The notes under the pieces: generated by a model
Seen by the model: only the letters and a program-made list of their open reading frames with translations
Databases searched by the model: none
Told to the model about the DNA's origin: nothing
Position numbers and translations under genes: made by a program
Source of the DNA: Catajapyx aquilonaris
Lineage: Eukaryota
Length of the DNA: 64,000 nucleotides
Direction: 5' to 3'
Assembly (NCBI GenBank): GCA_000934665.2
Contig: KZ538238.1
Span: forward strand, 1 to 64,000
Part shown: positions 11,935-24,284 of the stretch, piece by piece
Position numbering within the stretch: position 1 is the stretch's first letter
How the letters are laid out: every line of letters starts with the position of its first letter

Positions 11935-13212
11935 ATGTCGGGGTCATCATCATCTGTTGGGATTGGGGTCACCGACCTCGAAATGGACTCTTTGATCGTT
12001 CGGTTGCTGGAAATGCGTACGTCTCATCGTATCAAGTTTATCCAGATGAGCGAGGCGGAGGTACGTGGAGTGGTGGTTAGAGCATCGCAGGTCTTCCTTA
12101 GACAACCGATGCTCCTGGAGGTGGAGGCACCCTTGAAGGTCTGTGGGGACATCCATGGACAGTTCACGGATCTTCTCAGACTCTTCGAAACTGGAGGGTA
12201 TCCGCCCACCTCCAGGTACGATGTGCACACACACGAAAAATAACGGCTGATCTTTACTACAGCGCCGCCAGGCACGGTCCGTCCATTAGCATGATAATTT
12301 TTAGATAATTGCGGCTTATTGTATGTATACCCCCCGGCAGGTACCTTTTCTTAGGAGACTACGTGGACCGAGGCCGAAACTCGCTGGAGGTGATAATGCT
12401 TCTTCTGTGCTATAAGGTGAGGTTCCCGACACAGTTCTACCTTTTGAGGGGCAACCACGAGTGCGCCTCGATCAACAAGGACTACGGATTCCTGGCCGAG
12501 TGTAAGAAGAGGTACACCGTCAAGATATGGGAGATGTTCAACACACTGTTCAACCTGCTCCCGGTGGCTGCGATCATTGAGGACAAGATATTCTGTTGCC
12601 ATGGAGGACTCAGTCCGCATCTGGACAGCATGGAGCAGGTAAGTGCCGGCAGTGGAGTGCGCACCGACATTCGCGCAGCTGCTGCGCGAATGTGGGTGCG
12701 CGCACTCCACTGGCGCGCTTCTTTTTTTTAAACTGAATTCTCCATAGATCAGGTCTATCGCACGGCCTGCGAGTGTGCCGATTGAAGGTCTCTTGTGCGA
12801 CCTTCTGTGGGCTGATCCTGATCCTTCTGTGGCCGGATGGGCGGATAACCCTAGTAGAGGAGTGAGCTACGTGTTTGGCGAGGACGAGGTGGTCAAGTTC
12901 CTGAAGAAGTTCAACCTCGACCTGGTGTGTCGGGCACATCAGATGGTGGACAATGGTTACGCCTTCTTCGCCAACAGGCAGTTGGTCACGCTCTTCTCGG
13001 CTCCAAACTACTGTGGCGAGCTGGACAACACGGCTGCCTTCATGAACGTGGACGAGACACTCATGTGCACCTTCAGGCTCATCGAACCTGCCTGGAGGGT
13101 CAAAACTCCTCAGGGTGGTCCACAGCAGCAGCCCCCGCAGCAGCAGCAACCAAACAATAATAGACAACAGCAGCAGAACCCTTTCTCAGGGTTGTTCACT
13201 AAAGGCCCATGA
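11935..13212 (+). CDS. Divergent PP1-like phosphatase catalytic subunit, paralog A. Exons 11935-12215, 12341-12638, 12748-13212.
   Basis: [25 protein letters not shown] and SAPNYC are intact. GT-AG junctions keep frame. Q/N-rich C-terminal tail, with AATAAA overlapping the stop codon. Confidence 0.92.
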
Positions 13213-13585
13213 ATAAAAAGTAATAATATAAAGTGAGAGCTCCTAACAATCTGTGTGCCAAAATTAGAGGACAAAAGTGCCCAATAGTGCCATTTGACAG
13301 CATTTTGTTTAATGTTGGCGACATTTTCTGCGGACACAATTTGCACAATTTTTCAGACGAATATGTCATTATACAAACCAATGTACAAACAGAATATTAT
13401 TGAATCCCAGAATGCTGGGACAGATTTTGTTGAAAATTATTTGTTTATTTATTTATTGAATCGTTGGCAAAATGAAGCACACTTTGTCATTGTTATTATA
13501 ATAACATCCATGGAAACTGTTTCTGAACTAGGCCAATAACAAAGGTCAGTCCAACTATTAAAGCTATCATATGTTATAAGTATAC

Positions 13586-14556
13586 ATGATGGACAACTTG
13601 GACGTGGTGTCGACAACCACCACACAGGAGGAAGCGTTGGACAAGCTGATCCGAAAGCTCCTGGGAGCCCGCAAGAAGCTGAGACGCAACGCATCCGTGA
13701 CAGAATCTGAGATCTTCACCATCATAGAGAAGGCAAAGGTGGTCCTTCTGAGAGACCCTATGCTCCTGGAGCTGCGTCCACCTATCAAGATATGTGGGGA
13801 CATCCACGGGCAGTTCTACGACCTCCTCAGACTCTTTGACCTCGGAGGAATCCCGCCCGATACCGCATATCTTTTCATGGGAGACTATGTGGACAGAGGA
13901 AGACACAGCATTGAGACAATATGTCTTCTTCTGGCTTTGAAGATCCAGTATCCAGACAGGGTGTACTTGCTGAGGGGCAACCACGAGTCATCCTCAATCA
14001 ACCGGATATACGGATTCTACGAGGAGATTCTCCGGAGACACAGCAACGCAGCCATGTGGGTCGCTTTCAACGAGTGTTTCAACTGCCTCCCAGTGGCTGC
14101 CACTGTGTCCAGGAAGATATTCTGCTGCCATGGAGGAATCAGTCCTGATCTCCAGATGGTGTCCCAGGTAGGTGAATGATTCAGACATATTAGGGTGAAT
14201 CAACTGATAATGTTCAGATCCTAGATGTGTCTCGTCCGTCGCCGGTGCCCACAGAAGGGATAATGTGTGACCTCCTCTGGGCCGACCCCGACCTAACAGT
14301 CCGACGGTGGTCACCAAACAGAGAAAGAGGCATCAGCTACGTGTTCGGCTCTGAGGAAGTGAAGGGCTTTCTGGAGAGAAACAACATGGACTTGATCTGT
14401 CGAGGTCACCAGATGGCAGAGAATGGATACGACTTCTTTGCGGACAAGCAACTAGTCACCATCTTTTCGGCGCCCAATTACTGCGGAATGTTCACTAACA
14501 AAGGAGCCTTCATGTCCGTTGATTCAACACTCACCTGCACTTTCCAGGTCATATGA
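13586..14556 (+). CDS. Divergent PP1-like phosphatase catalytic subunit, paralog B. Exons 13586-14167 and 14218-14556.
   Basis: [25 protein letters not shown] and SAPNYC are intact. One 50-nt GT-AG intron. The protein ends at FQVI*, with AATAAA at ~14658. Confidence 0.92.
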
Positions 14557-15199
14557 CGACAAGCCCCAGCAGTTGTCTCCATACAAAACATGTGCAATGT
14601 TAGTTGCACCCTGTTGTTATACAGTATGAGACACATTCAGTTAGGAAAGAAAAACCACAATAAAATTAATACGTGACACTTTTTTTTTCTCCCCCCCCCC
14701 CCCAGTCCATTTTGGGAGGGGAAAAAGACCGCCTTTCAATTTGAACTGCACAGTGTAGCCAAATGCTACAGTGTGGCCAAATGTACCCCCTACACGTGCC
14801 ATCACATTAATTTTTTTTAAAAAAATAATCAACAGCGTGTCTTATTAATGAGGTCAATAATTAACTAGATGATTAGGTGTGATAGATGGGCCGAAATTGT
14901 ATCGAAAAATGACCGTTACAGATCCCCCTTTGTTAAGAGGGGGCGCCGCCATCACTCAGGCCTAGACGAGCCACGCTATGTTGTGCGTCGCATCAGCTCG
15001 TTAAGACGAGGTAAGTACCGTTGCATGACCACTGCATGACCCGTACTTAGCTCGTACTTTAAATGGGTCAGGATCATTTACAGGAGATGCGCGTTATCCA
15101 CTGATGTAAAGATAGGATATTTATTACATGGGGAGGGGGGTATATATAGGATAGATCTCTTTCTTTTTCTGAACATTCAACAACGGTCGTTGCAGGGAG

Positions 15200-18100
15200 A
15201 TGGATCGGACATGGCGAGGTGTGCCAAGGCACTGGTCACGACCTGGAAGCAGGCCACGTTTTACTAACGATTACTGGAACCATCATCAGCAGACTTTTAG
15301 AGCACCAAATGGGCCTCGCTCCTTTATATACCCGCCACCTCGTAACTTTCATCCACCTCATAACAACATGCAAAGTGGACATCAGTTCCCTCCACCAAAC
15401 AATCAAGGAAATTTTTGGGGAATGCCACCACGCCAGTTTGGTCCTAGGTACAATGGCGACTTCTTTTCCAATGCAGTGCCTTATCCGAATCAGGCCAGCA
15501 TTACTCCGAAGCAGGAAAACAAACAGGGGAAGGACACCATTCCACAGGAAGAGGGAACCATCAAAGATAAGGAGGCACAGAAAGGCAGTTCTGGTGCTGA
15601 AGTGGCAAAGACAGTAAGTGACACTGTCCCACAGAAACAAGGAGGCAAAGGGAAGAAGACAAAGAAAAGAATTTCTGGTGCAGAAGAACCAAGGACAGTA
15701 AATGCCACCAACCCACAGACAGAGAAAGAAGCAGAGAAAGCCATTCCAGGTGCTGAAGAACCAAGGACAGTAAATGCCACCAACCCACAGACAGAGAAAG
15801 AAGCAGAGAAAGCCATTCCAGGTGCTGAAGAACCAGCAAGTCGCAAACGAAAGGTGCCTCCTAAGAAGGCAAAAGCACCATCGAAAATTCTAAAGAAAGC
15901 TGCAGAAAAAAGTCCCATAGCATCTGTGAAAGCACGTTCATCCAAACTTCCTAATGGCCACATTTGGCCTGATCAACACACACGAAGAAGAGTGCCTGTA
16001 CATTCCATGACAAAGGAAGAAATACTAAAGCGTTTATCCACCTTGGATGCCTGTTGCTATAGGCAAATGGTGGAATCGCCTGGAAAGCAATTATTGATGA
16101 ACATACTGACCAATCTGCACCGGAAAAAAGTTCGAATGCAACGTACACAAATGAGGTTCAGTAAATTTACAGTCCAGGCTGTTCAGCCTCTCCCACCAGC
16201 TGCCCACAGCGATGGGTTTAAAGCTCTGCAAAACTTGACAAAAGATGATCTTGATCACCTCCCAAAAAATGCGTTAGAACAACTGGTGAATTTTATTATG
16301 GAAGACTCGAAAAGGAACAAAGGCAACTTTGAGTCTGATTCTCATAGCAGTTCGGCAGAGTTGCTTCCACCAGTGACAATAGAAGTACAGTGTGATGAAT
16401 TTGGTGAATTTGCTGTCATCACCGATGGGGATCAAAATAACCAAAAACCAGAGGTTCCGAGTGTGCAAGATGTGGGTTCCCAAGTTCTACAAAATTCACC
16501 TTGCACTCTACCAAAGGAGGAAAATGTTGCCCCATTCCTGCCTGATATCAGGAAGGACTATTCTCATGATTCTCTGAATGAATGCCCTACAGAAAATGCA
16601 TTTTTAGAGCAAGACTGCAGTGCCAGCTTTAGCAGCACCAACGCACCAGAATGCTCCCAGCAAATTCAGTCATCAAACGCTCCTGATGAATTGTGCACCC
16701 AAAAGGAAAATTATGTAGACATTCAGCAGTGCAGCAGTATGGACAATCAAGCCATAGAAAGTGACTCTCAAGTTGAGGAAAGGGCCTATCAAGTAAAGGA
16801 AAGAAATCCTGAAGAAGAGCTAAACAATATACAGGCAAGCAATGACTTTGGAGTGCCAATGGTAAGAGAACCTGAAACATGGGAAAGCAGCAGTTTCCAT
16901 ATTAATGCCAGTGAATACAGCTTTGCACCAAGTCCCATACCAGTAATCCAGTTAGAAAACTTTCCTTCTGAATTCATCCAAGATGAAAATCAGCAGTTAC
17001 TGGAGAGCTTTGAAAGAGCAGACATGGCAGTAGAGGAAAGTGATCTTCAAGAAATGACAGGTAACCCTGAGAAAGAGAAAGGGGACTTACCAATAATACC
17101 AAGAGCTTGGTCGGAAAACGTGGAAAGCAATCAGGTGGAGTGGAGCCAATCGAGCCATGATGGAGAAGTGATGGAAAGAACCAGTTTCCAGGAACATGTT
17201 GATGTCAGCGAGAGAAACTTGGCACTAGAAGCATTCCAACCAATTCAGCCAGCAGACATTCCTGATGAATGCGACCGAGCCACAAGTGAGAAGGACACCC
17301 AGCAAGTGACAATGGGGGATCACATTCAAAATGGTATGGAAAATGACTGCCAAGAAGAGGTAAATGCAGTGAGTAGCAACAGTGCAGCAATGGCAAGCCT
17401 CTTCGAAGAAGTGGAAACCCACTCCCAAAACCATGATGATATCTGTGGAATAAACTTGGTACCAGGTTCCCAACCAATTCAGCCAGCAGACATTCCTGAT
17501 GAATGCGACCGAGCCACAAGTGAGGAGGACACCCAGCAAGTGACAGTGGGGGATCACATTCAAAATGGTATGGAAGAAGAGGTAAATGCAGCGAGTAGCA
17601 ACAGTGCAGCAATGGCAAGCCACTTCGAAGAAGTGGAAAGCCACTCCCAAAACCATGATATCTGTGGAATATACTTGGTACCAGGTTCCCCACCAATTCA
17701 GCCAGCAGACGATGAATGCCCTCAAGCCACAAGTCCGTACAATATCCAGCCAATAACAATGGACAGTGGAATTCAAAATGGTATGGAAAATGACACTCAA
17801 GAACAGGAAAGGGACATCCAAGCACTGAGAAGTGACCTTGAAGATGAGCCAGTAAGTGACTGCCCAGCGACACTGGCAAGGATGTCATCCATACAAGAGG
17901 AAAGCAATATCCAAGAAGTAGATACGAGCAGTGGTTCAGAATCAGATTCCGATATGACAGAGCTGGGGCCATGGTCAGCTTTCAACCTGATGGATAATGA
18001 GTCATGGCCAGAGGGTTCTGATGATACTACTACAACACAGTCAAGTGATGAGCTGCAGAATAAGCTCAAGAAAGTAGAACGGGAGTTAAAGAAAGGGACA

Positions 18101-20473
18101 GCTTTAAGGAAAGACATCATTCGGGAGTTAGCAAGGCGAAGTGGGAACGACTGGAATGACAAAGAGAATCAGTCGTCCAGTGAGATCATCTTAGCGGTAC
18201 CAGTACATGTACGACAGAAAAATAATAATCAGAACGCAACACCAACAATAGTGACATTCCCCTCACCAGAAAGGAAACGCATCCAGGCTCATGCAGCTGC
18301 TGTGTTAGATATCAAGGTGGTCTATCCATTCATGTTTACTGCCTCTGAAGATTGCTCCGTTTGCTGCTACCATTGTGATACCAACGAAGTTGTGTGTGTT
18401 TACGATGGTCATGAGTCACCGGTCAGCAGCTTGTTGCTGGACATTCCTACACCCAATGAATGTCAACCACTTAGACTGGACAACGGGAAGGTTTTCACTG
18501 GCTGTCTTGATAAAAAGTTAAGGCAGTTTGACGCTGTCACTGGAGACAGCATAACTGTTGTGGATGTCGACAGAGAAGTTTGGTGCATTGATTTTAACTG
18601 GGGCTACATCTTCATGGGCCTCTCAGAGGGGCGGCTTGCATCGTATAATCTGGAGGTGAGTTAAAAATTGTGAATGGCCTTTCTAATTTTGTGGGATAAA
18701 AATTCCAGCATGATACGTGAATTAACGTTTAGCCATTGAAAATATGCCCCTAATAATTCTGGATTGCATTGCAGTAATGAATTAAATTGGGCATCTGGTT
18801 CTGGTATTTATATTGTAATGTAGGCTACTGTAAAAGTTGATTCTGGTCAAAGTTGGGTTAGTAATAAACCAAAAAAGTAAATCTATCATTTGCCCACACT
18901 TACTCTGGTTCATTACTAAAGATACTGTTATAATCAGTTACAAAATAATAGTGTCTGTTATGCAATTCAGTTGCAGAAATACCAGAACTGATAATTTTAA
19001 AAAAAGTAATATTACCAAACTTTGATTCGCCTGATACACTTGTAATTGAATAATTTTTGGATAGCTAATACCAAGCTAATACACAAAACATTACGGTTTC
19101 TTTTTGCAGACTCACAGCCTGGACCACTTTCCTTATACCTGTAAGAGTACTACTCAACCCATACTTGGATTGAAGGCTCTGACTGATGCTGACAGGGGAG
19201 TTTTGATTGTTGCTCAGCGTTACAGCGGAATTTCTATGATCGATGCCTTCACAGGTATGATTACCTTCCGCCACTAAATTATCATTCACAGATTGAATAA
19301 TTTAATAAAGGACATTAATAGCAAGAGAATAATCTGTGGGACACCTACAGTACTTTTGCTCTTGAAAACTTTTGGCGCAAATAGTAAAGGATGTGACACC
19401 CACAAGAAAAGTGAAGCATGCAATTAGAATTAGTTCACATCATTGAGATATCAAAATTATTTTGTCTGCAGTTGCAATTTTTTTCTTACAAATTGTTGCA
19501 GCACGAAAGGCAATTATATGAATTAATTAATTCAATATTAATTCATTTCTTCACAGCATTGTCCCAAAGCGTGGGACATTTTCAAAACTGTCTCCCATGG
19601 TAAGGTTTGTAGTGTCATGCAATATCCACAGCAGATCAAAAGGCAAGAGAAATCAGAAAATAGCATTGTATGTACCGGTACTGGAAAATTATTTAAATCA
19701 ATATACTTATTTGACATTAATGAAGCATATTGAAATCATTTTGATCTTATCTATATGTATGAATCCATATGTAAGGAAGAGAAATTGGGCTTGCAATTAT
19801 TATATTTTTTAAAGGTACATCCCAGCTGGTTTTCTCTATTATCCAGGTTTTGAATTGATGGCCTTCACACAAAGTCAGCCAGTAAATTCAACAAACTGCA
19901 TGCTGATTGATGAACACTTTGTCTACTGTTCCACCATCAGTAAGACTTTGGATTCTGGAGACATCTCCGTAAGTTGTTGTTTTCTCACCGAAAGTGGTTT
20001 GAACACATGATACGAAAGTGTTCCACAGATCCGGGGAGATGGTTCATGGGAGTATTCCAATGCCGTGAAGGGGGCAGGTTTCACCAACGCCATGGTTCTG
20101 TGGAAGCAATTCATTCTCTGTGCCTCTCAGTATGGATACATCTACATATACAAGAAGGTGTGTTCCACTGATATTTGCAGATTTTTATTATAATATTCAT
20201 AATGATCTTATCAACAGTGACATTTCTTGTATTCTTTCAGGGGGGGGAGTTTGTTGCCAAATTTCCTGGTGCTGGGAAAATGCTTCGTAGCATTACCATT
20301 GCGAACGGAAAGGTACGTTTCTCTTGTTTGAGTCTCTATCCAGTTTAACAAAATATATTTCCGATTATCCTTGTCCGCAGGTCTACTCTGGAAGTGAAGA
20401 TGGGTGCGTGGAAATTCAGGGTCTTCTCAGTATTCCTGAACTGCAATGTTTGAAGTCAGCAGAGTACTTTTAA
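15200..20473 (+). CDS. Large low-complexity/acidic protein with a C-terminal WD40 propeller, ZNF106-like. Exons 15200-18655, 19110-19254, 19847-19968, 20029-20157, 20241-20312, 20381-20473.
   Basis: The 3.4-kb first coding exon ends in WD repeats (AHAAAVLDIKV...FTASEDCSV; YDGHESPVSSL...FTGCLDKKLRQFD). Five further GT-AG exons keep frame to VYSGSEDGCV...EYF*. The ZNF106 resemblance is recalled, not searched. Confidence 0.75.
15677..15836 (+). repeat. In-frame 72-bp tandem duplication (GAEEPRTVNATNPQTEKEAEKAIP x2 plus a partial copy)
   Basis: Near-identical nucleotide copies start at 15677, 15749 and 15821. Confidence 0.9.
17234..17795 (+). repeat. In-frame ~220-235-bp tandem repeat, about 2.5 copies (QPIQPADIPDECDRATSE...)
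   Basis: Copies start at ~17234, ~17469 and ~17688. Confidence 0.9.
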
Positions 20474-20924
20474 TTTAAAGGGATCAATTTTACTCTGGCA
20501 TCAATTTTTGAAGCCTTATTGTGTAACATATGCGGAAAAAGTTTACAGGCTGTGAATCTAGTTTTGAAATGTTTCATGCCATTTAATGGTGTGGCGCTGT
20601 TTCTAGTATACAGGTTATTCAATGAATTTTTTTTTACCAAGTTTTACCAGAGTTGGTCAAAATGTATCCAATTATATTAATTGAGGGCACAAAAGTAAAT
20701 TTTTCACACTCTGTCAGCATTCATAAGGTAGGCCATGATTTAATTTAAATGGATCCTTTTTACTCTTTGTATCAGTTTTTGAAGTCGTTTTGTGTAATGA
20801 TGGAAACGAAGTACCGGCTGTGAATGGTAATTTAGTGGTACTGTTTCTAGTACGTGTATACTCATTTTTACGTAGGGTGCTCTAATTAGATCCAATACTG
20901 ACCACTCAGAAGTGCCATAAAAAA

Positions 20925-21160
20925 TGTCAAGTTCCTGTATTTCTATACTCTTTTGTTTAAATGTGTCACTATCTCTAGCATTATTAAAGTAATATTATCA
21001 TATAATTTTAGTTTTGCAATTTTATCAATGTGTAATAAACAGCCTGAATATCTCTTGTAATTCATATATGTCAACTCAAGAAATAAGGCAATAAAGAATC
21101 ATGATTAAAAATTATTCCTGCCTTTACACTTTCTTTTCCTCGTTACAATGGCTCAACCTT
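20925..21160 (+). pseudogene. Orphan, diverged copy of the sHSP 3'UTR without its coding sequence
   Basis: Colinear with 22945-23170: ctcttttgtttaaatgtgtcact ... caagaaataaggcaataaag ... acaatggct. Confidence 0.75.
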
Positions 21161-21949
21161 GTTGTTTAGTGTGAATGTTTGGCCACCTCGAGTACAACAC
21201 GTGCGACAAGTTTTAGCATGTGCATGTACTATTAACCGCAAAAGTAATGTGGCACTGTTGCGAGATGGCCCCATGATAAACAACAAGTCGCGGATGCCAT
21301 CACATAACAGTGCGACATTACTTTTGCGGTTAATAGTACAGTATGTAGCCTACTATATCGCTCAAAAAGTTGGAGACGATTTTGCAATGAATCATTTCCA
21401 TCTTTTTGAGCGATATAGTACTGTACATCCAGTAGAAGTGCTTCCTAGCATGGAGCATGCATGGCCACAAGCGCATTGCCACCGCAGTCATTCAAGCGCA
21501 GTCTATGTGAGAGAGGTGGCATCAAATAGCAATGGAGCAACGACACAACATTAAGTTCGGCTTCAACCAGTCATGCACACATTATCTGGTCACAGAGTCC
21601 TTCCTGTACACTTTGATCAAATATGTAATGCACCTCCGTCGCAGTCTCCCCCAATTTGAAGCTGATCTTAATGCATCGTTTATGCAACGTCACCTCTCAA
21701 TGCTCTCATACGCATTGCCCTGGAATGACTGGAGCAGCAGTGGACCTATGGCCACTCATACTCCACGCTACGAAGCGCTTTCAGACATATCAACCAAACA
21801 TTAACCAAACTTTCAACCACACCACACATTCACATGGCAAAGGACTTCTCAAGACTACTTATTGACAGGTGAATGTGGAGAACATTATAATTACCAAGAA
21901 AATCATCATGCCAATATTCTGGCTAGTTTGGTTGATCTGGAGGAGGCTA

Positions 21950-22115
21950 GACACTTCTAGAGAATCCGTAGAAAAGCCAGGAGAAGCCCAGAAGGGGCCG
22001 GGACCTTCTAGAACAGCCTAGAGGTCGACTAGAGGGTGTTGTGTGGCGCCACCTAGATCAATAGCCAGAACAATCGGGAAGGGAGGAGGGGCGCCCTGTT
22101 TGGATCCAATATAAG
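21950..22115 (+). promoter_or_regulatory. sHSP copy 1 promoter: HSE-type nGAAn/nTTCn units and a TATA-like box
   Basis: TTCtaGAA at 22006-22013, further TTC/GAA units at ~21955-21995, and TATAA at 22110. A 5'UTR intron lies at 22255-22332. Confidence 0.75.
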
Positions 22116-22333
22116 GCTGGGGGGACTGGGAGCCACAGCACAGATTCAACAGAGCACAATAAGGCAGAGGAACTACTCCGCAGACTAAGGCCTAACCGCA
22201 GACGACTTGGACCGTTGTGGTGTGAAGAAACATATTCAACAAGGCAACTAGAAAGTAAGTGATGGCTGTTGGAGGAATGGTGTCTTATTAGTTGTATAAT
22301 AGTGTGCTAAATTCTCAATGTCCTTTTTCCAGA

Positions 22334-22936
22334 ATGAGTCGCTTCAGCATGGTCCCTCTTTTCCAACCGTGGCACCCACAAGGCCACCGCTGGGATGCCT
22401 TGGAGACTCCCCGCCGCCTGTTCGACCAGCACTTTGGGAGGCTCCTGGAAGAGGACGACCTCATTTCCATCCCAGCCTCCTTGATGGCCATGGGTGGGTA
22501 CTGCCCATGGGCCAAGCAGCAGGCTTACAGGCAGAAGAGCGGACTCTCCGAAGTGGAGTGCAAGAATAAGGATCAGTTCAGGGTCCGGCTGGACGTCCAG
22601 CACTTTGCCCCAGAGGAACTGGAGGTGAAGATGGTGGACAACTTTGTGGTGGTGGAAGGAAAGCACGAGGAGAAGCAGGACCAGCATGGTTTCGCGTCCC
22701 GCCGGTTTGTCAGGAGGTACGCCATCCCCGATGACGCAGAGGTGGAGAAGCTGCAGTCCAACCTGAGCTCGGATGGAGTCCTGACCATTGTGGCACCCAG
22801 GAAGATGCCCCAGCTGGCAGACAAGAGTGGAAGGAGCATTCCCATCACCTTCACTGGGCAGCCTGCAACTGCACAGGTTGACCCAAGGAAGGAAGACGCC
22901 AAGGCCGACAGCCAGGAAGGCCAGCATCAGCAATAG
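22334..22936 (+). CDS. Small heat-shock protein (HSP20/alpha-crystallin, l(2)efl-like), copy 1
   Basis: RLFDQHFG N-terminal motif, alpha-crystallin domain (FRVRLDVQHFAPEELEVK, EGKHEEKQDQHG, LSSDGVLTIVAP) and C-terminal IPI motif. The true ATG follows the acceptor tttttccag. Confidence 0.95.
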   Translation: MSRFSMVPLFQPWHPQGHRWDALETPRRLFDQHFGRLLEEDDLISIPASLMAMGGYCPWAKQQAYRQKSGLSEVECKNKDQFRVRLDVQHFAPEELEVKMVDNFVVVEGKHEEKQDQHGFASRRFVRRYAIPDDAEVEKLQSNLSSDGVLTIVAPRKMPQLADKSGRSIPITFTGQPATAQVDPRKEDAKADSQEGQHQQ

Positions 22937-24284
22937 ATCAAGTCAATGTCCAGTTTTTCACTGTTATTACCATACTCTTTTGTTTAAATGTGTCACTTTC
23001 ATCAGCATTATTATATTAAGTAATATTATCGTATCATTTTTGTAGCTTTTCATTGTCCTCATGTGTAATAACCAGCTCTTTTGTAATTCATATGTCAAGA
23101 AATAAGGCAATAAAGTATCATGATTTTCACTCCCTTTTCACTTTTATTCCTCATCACAATGGCTGAACCGGGGTGAACCTTGCGAGTGATGCTCTGTTTG
23201 TTTTTTGCCAATCTCTGAAATGTAACTCATTTTAAAAGATTGCACAGTAGTCACCAGTGTAGAGGACACCAACGTCCATGGTCAGCAGCTAAGATGCAAA
23301 AAAAAAAAAACGGAACTTGTTTAAATTGGAATGTCCAAGGGGCTGGAAAAAAACTAACTTTTATTTCCACACTTCATAATGCTACTGCTGATATGAAGTC
23401 TAATAAAATTGTCAAATACAAACTTAAAAATTGATATGCTCTTGAAAAACACTGTCACGTTGGATTACAACAAAACAATACATGTACTGTATCAAGAGTG
23501 ACTGTATACAGTCATGAGCATTAAGATGTGGATGGTAGACCAGAGTTCTTCCTCTGCCTGGGGGCTACTTGAATGACCTCCGCCTTCCTGAACTGGACAA
23601 TGACAATCAATAAATAATTTCAGTAATATATTTTTCAAGCATGTGCATGAGATCATTTACACAGGACTGAGGAAACTGGATCTGGCTAGAGCCAGTTGGC
23701 ATATCAGGTAGAAAAGGACGGCACTTTCTATTCTCCAATTCAGCGCACATTTTTTTGGGGTTATTAAACTTCACACTAGGAAAACCCTTGCTCTGCTGCT
23801 CGCATTTTCCTATGGCGCAAGCCTAGAAAACCACTCGCTTCGCTCACTCTTTTCTAGGCCTGCGACCTGCGGTGTAGGTCATGTTCTTAATGAGGTTCAT
23901 CCAACAATTATCCGCGTCATACCCCCCCCCCCCCTCCCTCCCTCTCCTTATATTAATCGGGTTNCCCCCCCCCCCCTCCTAATATTAACCCTTTGTACCC
24001 TAAGTACATCGTAATTATTATGATGTCCTGAGAGTCTTTGAATTTGGTGCGCGAGGATGTGTATAGAGAAGGCGAACTTGGAGGTGCCGAACCCGGTTCA
24101 ATATGCTCCTGCCATCTCTTGGATGGTGACTCAACCACCATAGCAACCCCAGATTCCCCTCCTGTTCGTGCCAAGTTGAGTTGTGTATGCCAAGGTCACA
24201 TTGCCCCCACGTGATCGTTTATGTAAACATGTTTCCTCAGTACAGGGTGTCCCATAAAGTCGGGATCCTTGGGAGTTCATCATA

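Noticed and set aside
19557..19599. Extra exon in the WD40 gene (CACAG|...|GTAAG)
   Set aside because: Its 43 nt would shift the frame, and the flanking exons join in frame without it (DAFTG|FELM). A poison exon cannot be excluded.
22292..22333. N-terminal extension of sHSP copy 1 in the ORF track
   Set aside because: It starts at a non-ATG codon inside the 5'UTR intron. The ATG at 22334 matches copy 2.
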